Shown here: one piece after another, positions 27,094-37,733 of the stretch
Layout: the number at the start of each line of letters is the position of its first letter
Position numbering within the stretch: the stretch's first letter is position 1
Source of the DNA: an uncultured Collinsella sp.
GTDB taxonomy: Bacteria > Actinomycetota > Coriobacteriia > Coriobacteriales > Coriobacteriaceae
Reading direction: 5' to 3'
Assembly: GCA_958447445.1 (NCBI GenBank)
Contig: CAUDAE010000001.1
Span: 6,385 to 70,384, forward strand
Length of the DNA: 64,000 nt
Notes under the pieces: generated by a model
Databases searched by the model: none
The model's input: only the letters and a program-made list of their open reading frames with translations
What the model was told of the DNA's origin: nothing
Program-made: the position numbers and the translations under genes

Positions 27094-27807
27094 ATGGCAA
27101 CGCAGGAAGCCTATGTCCAGGTTAAGGATCTCAAAAAGCATTACGGCGACGGTGATGCGCGCCTGACGGTACTCGATGGCATCGACACGTCCATCAACCG
27201 CGGCGAGATCTGCGTCATGCTGGGGCCCTCGGGCTCGGGCAAGTCGACCTTTCTCAACCTGATCGGCGGCCTGGAGGATGCCGACGGCGGCTCCATCATG
27301 GTGGACGGCTGCGACCTCACGGTGCTCAAACCTACCGACCTGGGCGAGTATCGCCGCCGTGAGCTGGGCTTTGTCTTCCAGTTCTACAACCTGGTGCCCG
27401 ATCTCACCATCAAGGAAAACATCGAGGTCACGGCGCACCTGTCCAAAAACCCGCTCAATGTCGACGACCTGCTGCGTTCGCTGGGCCTTTACGAGCATCG
27501 CAACAAGTTCCCGCGCCAGGTCTCGGGCGGCCAGCAGCAGCGCTGTGCCATCGGCCGTGCGCTCGTCAAAAACCCGGGTCTGCTGCTGTGCGACGAGCCC
27601 ACGGGCGCCCTCGACTATAAGACGTCCAAGGAAATCTTGCAGCTCATGGAGGATGTCAACCGCACCTACGGCTGCACCATCATCATTGTCACCCACAATG
27701 CCGCCATCGCGCGCATGGCCAATCGCGTGCTGCGACTGCGCGACGGGCGCATCGTCGAGGATGAGCTCAACGAGTCGCCCGTCGCAGCCGCCGAGCTCGA
27801 TTGGTAG
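27094..27807 (+). CDS. MacB/LolD-type ABC transporter ATP-binding protein
   Basis: [35 protein letters not shown]. Confidence 0.93.
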   Translation: MATQEAYVQVKDLKKHYGDGDARLTVLDGIDTSINRGEICVMLGPSGSGKSTFLNLIGGLEDADGGSIMVDGCDLTVLKPTDLGEYRRRELGFVFQFYNLVPDLTIKENIEVTAHLSKNPLNVDDLLRSLGLYEHRNKFPRQVSGGQQQRCAIGRALVKNPGLLLCDEPTGALDYKTSKEILQLMEDVNRTYGCTIIIVTHNAAIARMANRVLRLRDGRIVEDELNESPVAAAELDW

Positions 27808-27815
27808 GCGGCGCC

Positions 27816-30482
27816 ATGACACCTCTCGCAAAACGTCTCCCGCGCGAGCTGCGCCGCAATATCGGCAAGTACCTTGGCATCTTTTTGCTTATGTGCGGAA
27901 GCATCGCCCTTACCTCGGGCTTTTTGCTCGCAGCGCATTCCATCGGCTGCCTTATCGACGACATGCGCGATGCGTACACGATTGAGGACGGCCGCGTGAC
28001 CACCTCCTTCGAGGCTACCGACGATCAACTCAGGGCCGCCGAGGATGCAGCCGGTGACGCCGGCGGCGTCGCGCTCTACAAGAATTTTTCCATCGACGCC
28101 ATCATCAAAAAGACCGCCGGCGACGACGGCACCAAGCGCACGCTGCGCACCTATGCGCACCGCACCAAGGTCGATATCGCGTCCTACTGTGAGGGTAGGC
28201 AGCCCAAGACGGACGATGAGGTGGCCATCGACCGTGTCTTCGCCACCAATAACAACCTGTCCGTGGGCGATAAGGTTGAGCTTGAGGGCCGCACCTACAT
28301 CATCTGCGGCATCATGACCCAGCCCGATAGCCAGGCACTGTTCCTCAACAATTCGGACTTTACGGTGAACACCATCACGTACGGCGTGGCCGAGGTCACC
28401 GATGGCGGCTTTGCCGCGCTCGAAGATGCCGGCGGCGCACCCGCCTACACCTACTCCTTCACCTTTACCGATCGCGACCTCCCCACCGCGGACCGCATCG
28501 ATGCCGAGCAAGATATGGTCGAGGCACTGACCGACGCCGATGCGCGCGTGGACGATCTGATCGACGCCGATTCCAATCAGGGCATTGGCTATGCGCGCGA
28601 TGACGTGGACGGCGACTCTATGATGTGGATGACGCTGCTCGACATCATCATCGTGATCATGGCGTTCGTCTTTGTGGTCCTTACCGACGCCACCATCGAG
28701 GAGGAGAGCGCCATCATCGGCACGCTGCTCGCCAGCGGCTATCGTCGACGCGAGATCGTCCTGCACTACTTGGCACTTCCCGCCACCGTGGGCGTGATCG
28801 CGGCGCTTTTGGGCACCGCGCTCGGCGTTGTGTTCTTTACCGAGCCCATGCGCAGCCTCTATTACGGTTCGTACAGCCTGCCTCCCTTCCAGGTGTACTG
28901 GAGCTGGAAGATCTTTGTGAAGTGCGCCGTGGTTCCCGCCGCCGCGCTCATCCTCATCACGCTGGTGGGCCTGCTTCGCAAGATGGGCAAGACGCCGTTG
29001 CAGTTCCTTCGTCACGAGGCGAGCGGCAAATCGGGCACCAAGCGCGGCTTGCAGCTGCCGGAGCGCATGGGTTTTGTTTCCCGCTTCCGCCTGCGTATCT
29101 TCCTGCGCAACCTGGGCAACTTCGCCACGCTCTTCGTGGGCATTGCGTTTGCGTCGCTGCTGCTGCTCTTTGGCCTGGCGATTCTGCCCACGATGACGCA
29201 CTATGCGGACAACCTCGAGACAGGCCTGGTCGCCGAGCACCAGTACACGCTCAAGGCGCCGCTGGAGCTCGAGGGTACTGCCGAGGAGCGCGAGCAGTGG
29301 TCGGCACTCGAGCGCTTGCAGTCGGTTGACGGCGCGCTGCTTTCCGCCGCTCAGGATGCCGATGACGAGCTTGACGACGCGGCCGATGCGGCGCAGACGG
29401 CAGCTGATGCCGCGACCGCATCTCCGTCTGCCGAGAGCCTGACCGCAGCGCAGGACGCGCTCGCCAAGGTCCAGGACAAGAAGGATGCGCTTTATGCGCG
29501 CCTCGATGACCTTGCCGATGCCCTCGGCTGCGACCGCGACGAGGCTATCGACCTGATCGACAAGGCCTCTAAGATCGACACTGACAATGACGATATCCAC
29601 CCGGTCAATACGACCGACAACGGCGCGGGTGCAATAGCACAGGCCGAGAAATACGCCGTTTACCAGCTGCAATACGACCGCGGCGATGGAAATGGGCAGG
29701 AGACGATTTCCGTCTACGGCATCTCGCCCGATTCGCGCTACTGGAAAGGGCTGGACGTCGGCGACGGACGCGTCGTCTTTGGCGGTGGCTTGCTCGACAA
29801 GTTTGGCTGGAGCGAGGGTCAGAAGGTTAAGCTTCGCGACAAGTACGAGGGTAAGAATTATTCCCTTGAGTATGTGGGCAAGGACTACGTTTGGGGCTCT
29901 AAGTCGGATATGAATGTCTATATGAGTATCGATGACTTTAACGAGCTGTTTGACAACGATGCGGCCTACTTTAACGGCTATGTGAGCGATGAGAAGCTCG
30001 ACCTTGATTCGCGCTACTTTGCCGGCGACACCACGCCCGATGACATGCGCGCCGTGGGCGACCAGTTCATCGGCATGATGAGCAAAATGATCGGCATGAT
30101 GGTCGGGCTCGCGGTGTTTATCTTCCTGCTGTTTATGTACCTGCTGACCAAGGCTGTGATCGACCACAGCGCCCGTTCGATTAGCTACATGAAGGTCTTT
30201 GGCTATCGCGATGGCGAGATCTCGCATCTGTACATCCGCTCGATCACGCTGTGCGTGGTGGCGTCGCTCGTGCTGAGCCTGCCGGTCATTATTGGTTCGC
30301 TCACGGCCATCTTCCGCTCGATGTTGCTCGCCTACAACGGCAATATCGAGATCTACGTGCCCGCTTGGTCCATGGCGGCGTGCGCAGGAATCGGCTTTGC
30401 GACCTACCTGGTCGTGGCACTGCTGCACACGCGCTCCATCAAGCGTGTGAGCCTCTCCGAGGCGCTGAAGGTCCAGGAATAG
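27816..30482 (+). CDS. FtsX-like ABC permease (two TM/extracellular repeats)
   Basis: EEESAIIGTLLASGY and ISYMKVFGY FtsX-type motifs. Confidence 0.88.
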   Translation: MTPLAKRLPRELRRNIGKYLGIFLLMCGSIALTSGFLLAAHSIGCLIDDMRDAYTIEDGRVTTSFEATDDQLRAAEDAAGDAGGVALYKNFSIDAIIKKTAGDDGTKRTLRTYAHRTKVDIASYCEGRQPKTDDEVAIDRVFATNNNLSVGDKVELEGRTYIICGIMTQPDSQALFLNNSDFTVNTITYGVAEVTDGGFAALEDAGGAPAYTYSFTFTDRDLPTADRIDAEQDMVEALTDADARVDDLIDADSNQGIGYARDDVDGDSMMWMTLLDIIIVIMAFVFVVLTDATIEEESAIIGTLLASGYRRREIVLHYLALPATVGVIAALLGTALGVVFFTEPMRSLYYGSYSLPPFQVYWSWKIFVKCAVVPAAALILITLVGLLRKMGKTPLQFLRHEASGKSGTKRGLQLPERMGFVSRFRLRIFLRNLGNFATLFVGIAFASLLLLFGLAILPTMTHYADNLETGLVAEHQYTLKAPLELEGTAEEREQWSALERLQSVDGALLSAAQDADDELDDAADAAQTAADAATASPSAESLTAAQDALAKVQDKKDALYARLDDLADALGCDRDEAIDLIDKASKIDTDNDDIHPVNTTDNGAGAIAQAEKYAVYQLQYDRGDGNGQETISVYGISPDSRYWKGLDVGDGRVVFGGGLLDKFGWSEGQKVKLRDKYEGKNYSLEYVGKDYVWGSKSDMNVYMSIDDFNELFDNDAAYFNGYVSDEKLDLDSRYFAGDTTPDDMRAVGDQFIGMMSKMIGMMVGLAVFIFLLFMYLLTKAVIDHSARSISYMKVFGYRDGEISHLYIRSITLCVVASLVLSLPVIIGSLTAIFRSMLLAYNGNIEIYVPAWSMAACAGIGFATYLVVALLHTRSIKRVSLSEALKVQE

Positions 30483-30601
30483 AGAACCGCCCGCACGCGG
30501 GGGCACGAACCGAAGGAAGGGTGCCCCCGCGTTATTTGCCCGCCAGGCCCGACGTGGGCAAACGCGCGCAACGTCAGACTTCCCCGAACAGAAGGAGACC
30601 C

Positions 30602-31246
30602 ATGGCAAGATCGGCAGAGGAGCTCAAGCAGCTCTCCATCAAGGAGTTCACCGAGGCGGCAAAGGTCTACGAATCCGGCCATGCCGGCATTTACGAGATG
30701 TGCAAGGACGACTATCCGCAAATGCTCGAGGAGCTTGAGCTCGAACCGTTCGAGGACGCGCTCGACGTGGGCTGTGGCACCGGAGCCGTCCTAGAACTGC
30801 TCCACGCCCGGTACCCCAGCAAGCACTTGACTGGACTCGACCTCACACCCGGGATGATCGACGTCGACCGGGCAAAGCGGCTCGATAACGTCAGCTTTGT
30901 CGTCGGAGACGCGGAGGCACTGCCCTTCGAGCCCCAGAGCTTCGACGCCGTGCTCTGCTCCAACAGCTTCCACCACTACCCGCATCCGGAGAGGTTTTTC
31001 GCCGAGGTGGCGCGTGTCCTTCGGCCCGGCGGGCGACTGGTCCTTCGCGACTACACCTCGAACGATGTCGCGGTCTGGCTCATGAACAACATCGAGCTAC
31101 CGCTGGCACGCCTCTTGGGCCATGGCGACGTGCGCATCCTCAAGCTGTCCGAGCTACGCGCGCTCGTCGAGGAATCCGGGCTCACCCCGCTCAAGCTCGA
31201 GGCACAGAAGGGATTCCGCGCGCATCTGGTCGCGCGAAAGGGCTAG
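30602..31246 (+). CDS. Class I SAM-dependent methyltransferase
   Basis: LDVGCGTG, GLD, GDAEALPF...SFD, RVLRPGG; SD AAGGAG. Confidence 0.9.
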   Translation: MARSAEELKQLSIKEFTEAAKVYESGHAGIYEMCKDDYPQMLEELELEPFEDALDVGCGTGAVLELLHARYPSKHLTGLDLTPGMIDVDRAKRLDNVSFVVGDAEALPFEPQSFDAVLCSNSFHHYPHPERFFAEVARVLRPGGRLVLRDYTSNDVAVWLMNNIELPLARLLGHGDVRILKLSELRALVEESGLTPLKLEAQKGFRAHLVARKG

Positions 31247-31404
31247 CGGTCCGCGCCGGGACGCTCCGTCACGCCAGGGCACGCCGTCAACGCCGCCACA
31301 CCAGGGCACGCCATCAAACCAGATTGTGGCCACGCCAGAACGCGCCGCCACAAACGTGACGGCGCGTCCCTCTTACCAGATGCCGATGATTCGCCGGTCT
31401 GCCG

Positions 31405-31577
31405 GTCGGGTTGGCAAGGACTGTCCCTATATGCCGGCCTTCGGGGACGTTCCTTTCCTGCCGGCACTTGGGGACTGGCCCCAACTGCCTGGTGGCGAAA
31501 GAGTGTCCCTTGCGACTACTCATTTAAGAACGTCCCCAATGACTAGGTTGTCGTTTAAGAACGTCCCCAATGACTAG
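31405..31577. repeat. REP-like composite element (CTAG-bounded family)
   Basis: Two tandem TTTAAGAACGTCCCCAATGACTAG copies plus CAAGGACTGTCCC and GGTGGCGAAAGAGTG modules shared with 26818-27000. Confidence 0.8.
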
Positions 31578-31586
31578 GTGCCATAC

Positions 31587-31617
31587 TTGACTTTAACTCT
31601 GCTTTAACTGGTACCAT
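31587..31617 (+). promoter_or_regulatory. Putative MerR-type promoter (19-bp spacer)
   Basis: TTGACT-19 bp-TACCAT with CTTTAAC-N4-CTTTAAC overlapping the spacer. Confidence 0.55.
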
Positions 31618-31659
31618 CCTCTATGTCTGTAACGCCATATAGACCGAGGGGATAGATTT

Positions 31660-32865
31660 ATGACCGCAACTGCACCCGCAGCACCCGCTAAGGTGTACTT
31701 CACCAACCTGCGCACGCATGCTCGCGAGAGCCAGCTCGACAAACTCAAGCGCCTAATCCGTCACGCCGGTATTGAGCAGGTCGACTTTGAGAACAAGTTC
31801 GTCGCTATCAAGATTCACTTTGGCGAGCTGGGCAACCTGAGTTTTTTGCGTCCCAACTACGCCCGCGCCGTCGCGGATGTCGTGAAGGAGCTGGGCGGCA
31901 AGCCCTTCCTCACCGACTGCAACACGCTCTACGTTGGTAGCCGCAAAAACGCGCTCGAGCACATCGATACCGCCTACCAGAACGGCTTTACCCCGTATGC
32001 TACGGGTTGCCAGATCATCATTGCCGACGGCCTCAAGGGTACCGACGAGGCGCTCGTCCCGGTCGAGGGCGGCGAGTACGTGCGCGAGGCCAAGATCGGT
32101 CAGGCGCTCATGGATGCCGATATTGTGATCAGCCTCACCCACTTTAAGGGTCATGAGCAGGCCGGTTTTGGCGGCGCCATGAAGAACCTGGGCATGGGAG
32201 GCGGCAGCCGTGCCGGCAAGATGGAGCAGCATGCCGCCGGCAAGCCGAACGTCGCGACCGAGCACTGCGTTGGCTGCCGTGCCTGCGAAAAGATTTGCGC
32301 GCACAACGCTGTCTCGTTCACCGACACCCGCGAGCGCGAGCTTGCCAACGGCAACACCCGCACGGTCCACGTCGCTGCCATCGACCACGATCGCTGCGTG
32401 GGCTGCGGCCGCTGCATCGGCGTGTGCAACCAGGACGCCATCAAGCCTGGCTATGAGGCCGCGGCCGACGTGCTCAACTACAAGATCGCCGAGTATACGA
32501 AGGCCGTTGTCGACGGCCGCCCGAGCTTCCATATTTCGCTGGCTATGGATATCAGCCCCAACTGCGATTGCCATCCCGAAAACGACACGCCCATCGTCAA
32601 CGACATCGGCATGTTCGCGAGCTTCGACCCGGTCGCCATCGACCAGGCCTGTGCCGATGCCGTCATGGCATCCGAGCCGCTGCCCAATACCGAGCTCACC
32701 GATAGCGCGGCCAAGATGGAGCACAACCACGAGCATCTGGAGGGCGAGCAGGCCAAGGACCCCTTCTGCATCACACATCCCGACACCGACTGGCGCGCGT
32801 GCATCGCGCATGCCGAGAAGATCGGCCTGGGCACGAGCGAGTATGAGCTCATCGAGGTCAAGTAG
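31660..32865 (+). CDS. DUF362-family iron-sulfur protein
   Basis: KIHFGE.GN, PFLTDCNTLY, HFKGH..GFGGAMKNLGMG, two CxxCxxCxxxC motifs, CDC, SFDPVAIDQA. Confidence 0.85.
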   Translation: MTATAPAAPAKVYFTNLRTHARESQLDKLKRLIRHAGIEQVDFENKFVAIKIHFGELGNLSFLRPNYARAVADVVKELGGKPFLTDCNTLYVGSRKNALEHIDTAYQNGFTPYATGCQIIIADGLKGTDEALVPVEGGEYVREAKIGQALMDADIVISLTHFKGHEQAGFGGAMKNLGMGGGSRAGKMEQHAAGKPNVATEHCVGCRACEKICAHNAVSFTDTRERELANGNTRTVHVAAIDHDRCVGCGRCIGVCNQDAIKPGYEAAADVLNYKIAEYTKAVVDGRPSFHISLAMDISPNCDCHPENDTPIVNDIGMFASFDPVAIDQACADAVMASEPLPNTELTDSAAKMEHNHEHLEGEQAKDPFCITHPDTDWRACIAHAEKIGLGTSEYELIEVK

Positions 32866-32912
32866 CGCCTAGCTATTGGACAAAATAAGCGCCCTTGTAG
32901 CGTAATTTGAGC

Positions 32913-32951
32913 AAAAGCCGCCCACGAGCACAACGCTTGCGGGCGGCTTTT
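32913..32951. terminator. Bidirectional terminator
   Basis: AAAAGCCGCCC...GGGCGGCTTTT between convergent genes. Confidence 0.75.
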
Positions 32952-33029
32952 CAGAAGTGCGGTGAAAAATCGAATACCGTCGACCACAAACCGATTTTTG
33001 GCAACAAAACCCCAGACGTTGCTTTTTGC

Positions 33030-33995
33030 CTAAAAATTCTTGTCGAGGAAGTTGTCGACCGTGTTCCAGTAGAGTTCGGGGTCGACCTGCGCGCTCTTGG
33101 CGTGGGTGGCGCCATGGATAGTGAGCTTTTGCTTGACCTTGCTGGCGCACGCGTCGTAGTTTTGATCGAGCATGCTGTACGGTACAAAGGTGTCCTGGTC
33201 GCCGTGGATAAACAGCATGGGAACCGTCGCATGTTTGAGTTGCTCCACACTGCTCGCCTTATGAAAGTCGTAGCCCGCGCGCACGTTGCACACCAAGTTT
33301 GCTACATCGAGCAAGGGAAAGCTGGGCAGGCCGAACACGTCCTTGAGCTGCAGAGAAAACTCGTCCCAAACACTTGTATAGCCGCAGTCCTCGATAATGC
33401 ATTCCACGTTTGCGGGCAGAGATTCCCCCGCGACGTTCATGGCAGTTGCCGCACCCATCGACTCGCCAAAGACCAGGATGCGCGCCTCGGGGTCAGCCTG
33501 AACGATTTGCTCGATCCATGCGACGACATCGAGCCGCTCGGGCCAGCCCATGCCGATATAGTCGCCGCCGGAGCGCTCGTGGGCGCGTGCGGCGGGTGCG
33601 AGTACGTTCATGCCGCGGTCGTGGAATCGCTTGACGTATCGGGCCATACCGATGGGCTCGTTGGTATATCCATGCAGGCAGACGGCGTAGTCGTGCGTGC
33701 TCTCCGACGCAGCAAAATACCAGGCGGCAAGCTCGGTCCCGTCGTCCGCAGTGAGGCTGCCGCTCTCGCGGTTTTCCTTAAACCACGCCCGTGCCTCGGT
33801 GTCCTCGGCGTCCATCTGCTCGCCCTTTTCGGCGTCCTTGCCGTCCTGCATCATCTTCATGGTGTAGGGCGCTTGGGGATTCAGGGCAAAGTCGAACAAG
33901 AAGTTGCCGGCAAACCCCAGCAGCGCGACAACGAGCACCAGCGCAACGACGCCGGCTATCTTGAGCTTTCGATGGGAACGTGCGTTTTGAGACAT
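33030..33995 (-). CDS. Membrane-anchored alpha/beta hydrolase
   Basis: N-terminal TM, HGY, GESMG nucleophile elbow, IHGDQDTFVP, GATH. Confidence 0.9.
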   Translation of the reverse strand: MSQNARSHRKLKIAGVVALVLVVALLGFAGNFLFDFALNPQAPYTMKMMQDGKDAEKGEQMDAEDTEARAWFKENRESGSLTADDGTELAAWYFAASESTHDYAVCLHGYTNEPIGMARYVKRFHDRGMNVLAPAARAHERSGGDYIGMGWPERLDVVAWIEQIVQADPEARILVFGESMGAATAMNVAGESLPANVECIIEDCGYTSVWDEFSLQLKDVFGLPSFPLLDVANLVCNVRAGYDFHKASSVEQLKHATVPMLFIHGDQDTFVPYSMLDQNYDACASKVKQKLTIHGATHAKSAQVDPELYWNTVDNFLDKNF

Positions 33996-34181
33996 AAGAA
34001 GCTTTCCTATAAGATGTTAATACATCAACATTTAATGCAAGCGCATTATGGACGTTCGCCGTTGATGCGTCAACAGGCAAAGAATGGGTAAACGAAAGGT
34101 CACGTATGGTGCAAATTTCGCACGTACCTAGACGCTTTGATATAGTGTTGAGAACTCTTTACGTTGGAGGATGTAACCGGC

Positions 34182-34865
34182 ATGTCCGATTCGAGCGACA
34201 GTTCTAAGCCGCGACCCAAGACCGCGGCCGTTCCACACTACACGGTGGGTGAGGAGATCATGAACTCCGTCACCCATGGTGTCGGCTGCCTGCTGGGTAT
34301 CGCGGGCCTGGTGCTCCTGATCGTATTCGCCGCCCTGCGCGGCGGAGGCCCGGCCCACATGGCCGCGGCAATTGTCTATGGCGTCAGCATTATCCTCGAA
34401 TACCTAGCCTCCACGCTCTACCACGCGATTCAGCCCGCGCGCGCCAAGCGCGTGTTTCGCATCATCGACCACAGCTGCATCTACCTGCTCATAGCCGGCA
34501 GCTATACGCCGTTTTGCCTCATCACGCTCGCAAACGACGGCGGCGCTGTGCTGTTCTTTGCCGTATGGGCCATCGCTATTATCGGCATCGCCCTCGAGTG
34601 CTTTTTGCGCGAGCGTCAGCCGCACTGGGTAAGCGGCTTGGTCTACCTGCTGATGGGCTGGCTTGTCGTCTTTAAGCTGCCCGAACTTGTGGCGCTGCTC
34701 AACCCCGTGGCACTTGCCCTGCTCGCCGTCGGCGGCGTGTGCTACACCGCGGGCGTGCCGTTCTATATCGCCAAAAACGTGCGCTATCTTCACAGCGTGT
34801 TTCACCTGTGGGTACTCGCCGGCAGCATCTTCCAGTTCATGGCGGTGATCCTCTTCGTAATCTAG
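34182..34865 (+). CDS. Hemolysin III / PAQR family membrane protein
   Basis: EEIMNSVTHG, STLYH, DHSCIYLLIAGSYTP, HSVFHLWV. Confidence 0.92.
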   Translation: MSDSSDSSKPRPKTAAVPHYTVGEEIMNSVTHGVGCLLGIAGLVLLIVFAALRGGGPAHMAAAIVYGVSIILEYLASTLYHAIQPARAKRVFRIIDHSCIYLLIAGSYTPFCLITLANDGGAVLFFAVWAIAIIGIALECFLRERQPHWVSGLVYLLMGWLVVFKLPELVALLNPVALALLAVGGVCYTAGVPFYIAKNVRYLHSVFHLWVLAGSIFQFMAVILFVI

Positions 34866-34975
34866 CGACCACGCCTGCGCACCCGCGTCTTTGTTTGGGC
34901 GCCGGTGCAATTGCCGTATCCGCCGTCAACGTTTTAATCCGACATCCCGAATCTTGGAGGTTCGAGAAACTCCCG

Positions 34976-36349
34976 ATGGACATAACCATCTCCCTTATCA
35001 CCACCCTCGTTTTGACCCTCATCAACGGCTACTTCTCTATGTCCGAGATGGCGCTCACCACGGCCAAGCGCGCCGTGCTGGAGCACGAGGCCGAGGAAGG
35101 CGACAAGCGCGCCGAGCGTGCCATTAAGCTGGCTGCCGACTCCGACCAGCTGCTCGCCACCATCCAGGTCGCCATCACGCTCGTGGGCTTCGCCTCGTCC
35201 GCCGTCGCCTCGACGAGTCTGTCCGACCCGCTCGCCACGTGGCTCATGAGCTTTGGCATCGCGCCGCTCTCCGCCATCGCGCGCGGCCTGGCGCCGGTCA
35301 TCATCACCGTCGCGGTCGCCTTCGTGTCCATCGTGATCGGCGAGCTCGTCCCCAAGCGCATCGGCCTGGCCAACGCCGAAGGCGTGTCCAAGCAGGTCGT
35401 GGGGCCGTTGTCGTTTTTCCAAAAGATCGCCCGTCCGCTCGTGTGGCTGACCGGCGCTTGCTCCGATGGCCTGGCCCGCATCCTGCGCATCAAGAGTGCC
35501 GACGACCGTCAGAACGTCTCGGAAGAAGAGATCAAGTACATGGTCTCGGAGCAGGACGACCTGCTCGACGAGGAAAAGCGCATGATCCACGAGATCTTCG
35601 ACCTGGGCGACACCGTTGCCCGCGAGGTCATGGTGCCGCGCGTGGACACCACCATGTGCGAGGACGACGAGACGGTCGCCGACGTGCTGTCCACCATGCG
35701 CCAGACCGGCTTTAGCCGCATCCCCGTCTATCACGAGGATCCCGACAACGTCGCCGGCATTGCGCACATCAAGGACCTGATTCAGCCCGCGCTCGACGGC
35801 AAGGGCGACCAGCCCATCGCCGGCTTTTTGCGCGACGCCACCTTTGTGCCCGACACCAAGGACATCCTGCCGCTGCTGTCCGAGATGCAGACCTCGCACG
35901 ACCAGATCGTGGTGGTCGTGGACGAGTACGGCGGCACGGCCGGCATTATCACCATCGAGGACATCGTCGAGGAGATCGTCGGCGAGATCGAGGACGAGTT
36001 CGACCCCGACAACAAGTATCTCACGCGCCTTTCGCGCCGCGAGTGGCTCGTTGATGGGCGTTTTTCGTGCGATGACGCGATTGAGCTTGGTTGGCCGCTC
36101 GAGGAAAGCGATGATTATGAGACCATCGCCGGCTGGATTTTGGAGCTTTGCGACTCGGTGCCCGACATCGGAGAGGTGTTTGAGGTCGCGGGGTACAAGT
36201 TTAAAGTGCAGTCGATGCGTGGCCAGCGCATCTCGCTCATTCGCGTGATCGCTCCGGCCGAAACCGATAAGAAGGATTCCGAGTCTTCGGTAGACGAGCC
36301 GACGACGTCGGGTGCGGGTTCCGCGAATCCGCACGACGGCGACGAGTAG
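34976..36349 (+). CDS. HlyC/CorC (CNNM, DUF21-CBS-CorC) Mg2+/Co2+ transporter family protein
   Basis: NGYFSMSEMA, GELVPK, VMVPR, FSRIPVY, VVDEYGG, EDIVEEIVGEIEDE. Confidence 0.92.
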   Translation: MDITISLITTLVLTLINGYFSMSEMALTTAKRAVLEHEAEEGDKRAERAIKLAADSDQLLATIQVAITLVGFASSAVASTSLSDPLATWLMSFGIAPLSAIARGLAPVIITVAVAFVSIVIGELVPKRIGLANAEGVSKQVVGPLSFFQKIARPLVWLTGACSDGLARILRIKSADDRQNVSEEEIKYMVSEQDDLLDEEKRMIHEIFDLGDTVAREVMVPRVDTTMCEDDETVADVLSTMRQTGFSRIPVYHEDPDNVAGIAHIKDLIQPALDGKGDQPIAGFLRDATFVPDTKDILPLLSEMQTSHDQIVVVVDEYGGTAGIITIEDIVEEIVGEIEDEFDPDNKYLTRLSRREWLVDGRFSCDDAIELGWPLEESDDYETIAGWILELCDSVPDIGEVFEVAGYKFKVQSMRGQRISLIRVIAPAETDKKDSESSVDEPTTSGAGSANPHDGDE

Positions 36350-36373
36350 GACAAGGAAGAGTAGGGGAGAGTT

Positions 36374-37207
36374 ATGGCAGGCCTGTTCAACATCCTTAAG
36401 GTCACCGTCAGCGAGGACAAGATCTGCGCGCACGTGCTGGTGAACCCCGGCATGCCGCTCATGACCTCGGAGGATATCGAGGCTACGGCGCGCGTGTATT
36501 ACCTGGTGCCGGCGATTGCCAAGCACCTGTGCCTGGGTGATTCCGGTCGCGAGTTCCAGGACTGCATGGGCCAGACCGAGCTTTGCCATCTGCTTGAGCA
36601 TGTGACGGTCGAGCTCATGAACGAGACCGGTCTTGCCGGTAGCATCTCGTGCGGCCGCACGCGCGTAAGCGAGCATGACGAGCGCGTCTTTGAGGTTGAG
36701 CTTTCGTGCCCCGACGACGCGCTGGCCATCGGTGCGATGTCTTCGGCCACCTTTATGATGGACTGGGCCTATCTGCACGCCGACCAGCCTGCCCCCGACG
36801 TGGAGGGCACGGTCGCGGGCCTGCGCAACCTGGTGCTGGGCATGCGCGCCGAGGCCGAGGGCAAGGATCCTCACGAGGCCGTCGCCGCTGCGAACGGCGA
36901 AGATACTGCCGAGGACGAGGGCGCTGACGAGGGCGATGTGCCGGTCGACGCCGAGCTCGTTGCCGATGCGACCGCCGAGCCCGTTCCCACCGAGCCCCAG
37001 GGCGTCCCCAACTTTGACGACGAGCCCCAGGTGGCGATTGATACCGAGGGTGCGGTTGCCGAGAACCACGAGGCCTCCGCTGCCGTCTTTGGCGGTGCGG
37101 CGACGGTTCCGGCAGGACCTGCGCATGAGGGCGGCCTGCCGCTCGTGGACGGCGCCGGCGAGGACCCGGGTGCCACGGTGGCCATGCCGGCTATGCCCCA
37201 GGAGTAG
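36374..37207 (+). CDS. Stand-alone cyanophycin-synthetase N-domain-like protein with an acidic tail
   Basis: HLC...F..C..QTELCHLLEHVTVEL...GRT; SD AGGGGAG. Confidence 0.6.
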   Translation: MAGLFNILKVTVSEDKICAHVLVNPGMPLMTSEDIEATARVYYLVPAIAKHLCLGDSGREFQDCMGQTELCHLLEHVTVELMNETGLAGSISCGRTRVSEHDERVFEVELSCPDDALAIGAMSSATFMMDWAYLHADQPAPDVEGTVAGLRNLVLGMRAEAEGKDPHEAVAAANGEDTAEDEGADEGDVPVDAELVADATAEPVPTEPQGVPNFDDEPQVAIDTEGAVAENHEASAAVFGGAATVPAGPAHEGGLPLVDGAGEDPGATVAMPAMPQE

Positions 37208-37343
37208 GCCTACGCGTTTATCACCATCACGTACCTGCGCCTTTGCCGTACGCAGATGAGCGGAGCGGCAAGTGATGCGCTGCGGGTATAATGGACAGCA
37301 TTCAAACGGTGGGCACCGACGTGCCCGCAGGAGAGGAATGATC

Positions 37344-37733
37344 ATGGGTAAGACTTTCAGCTTTGTCTCCGGCGCACTTTTTGGTGCCGCTGCCGGCGCT
37401 ATTGTCGGCGTTGCTCTGGCCCCGCGCTCGGGCGCCGAGACCCGCGCCATGGCTGCCGATATCGCCAACGACGCCTGGGACAATATGCGCGACACCTACG
37501 AGCACAGCGCCGAGGAGGCCCGTGCTGCGGTGAATGACTTTGGCCCGATGGTCGACGCCAAGACCGACGACCTACGCGCCAAGGTCGACCTTGCCCGCGA
37601 GCGCATGGACCAGCTGCGCGAGCAGCTCAACGACGCCATTTCGGGCGGCAACGTGACGCCTGCCGCCGACGTCGTGGTCGAGAACGCCGTCGAGGCTGAT
37701 ACCGAGGCTGCGGAGCCCTCGACCGAGGCATAA
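37344..37733 (+). CDS. YtxH-domain protein
   Basis: FVSGALFGAAAGAIVGVALAPRSGAETR. Confidence 0.85.
   Translation: MGKTFSFVSGALFGAAAGAIVGVALAPRSGAETRAMAADIANDAWDNMRDTYEHSAEEARAAVNDFGPMVDAKTDDLRAKVDLARERMDQLREQLNDAISGGNVTPAADVVVENAVEADTEAAEPSTEA

Noticed and set aside
31272..31318. Short duplication CCAGGGCACGCC(G/A)TCAA
   Set aside because: Only two copies with no further structure; likely a local duplication
34182..36349. Hemolysin toxin locus
   Set aside because: PAQR and CorC/CNNM families are membrane-homeostasis and ion-transport proteins despite their legacy names
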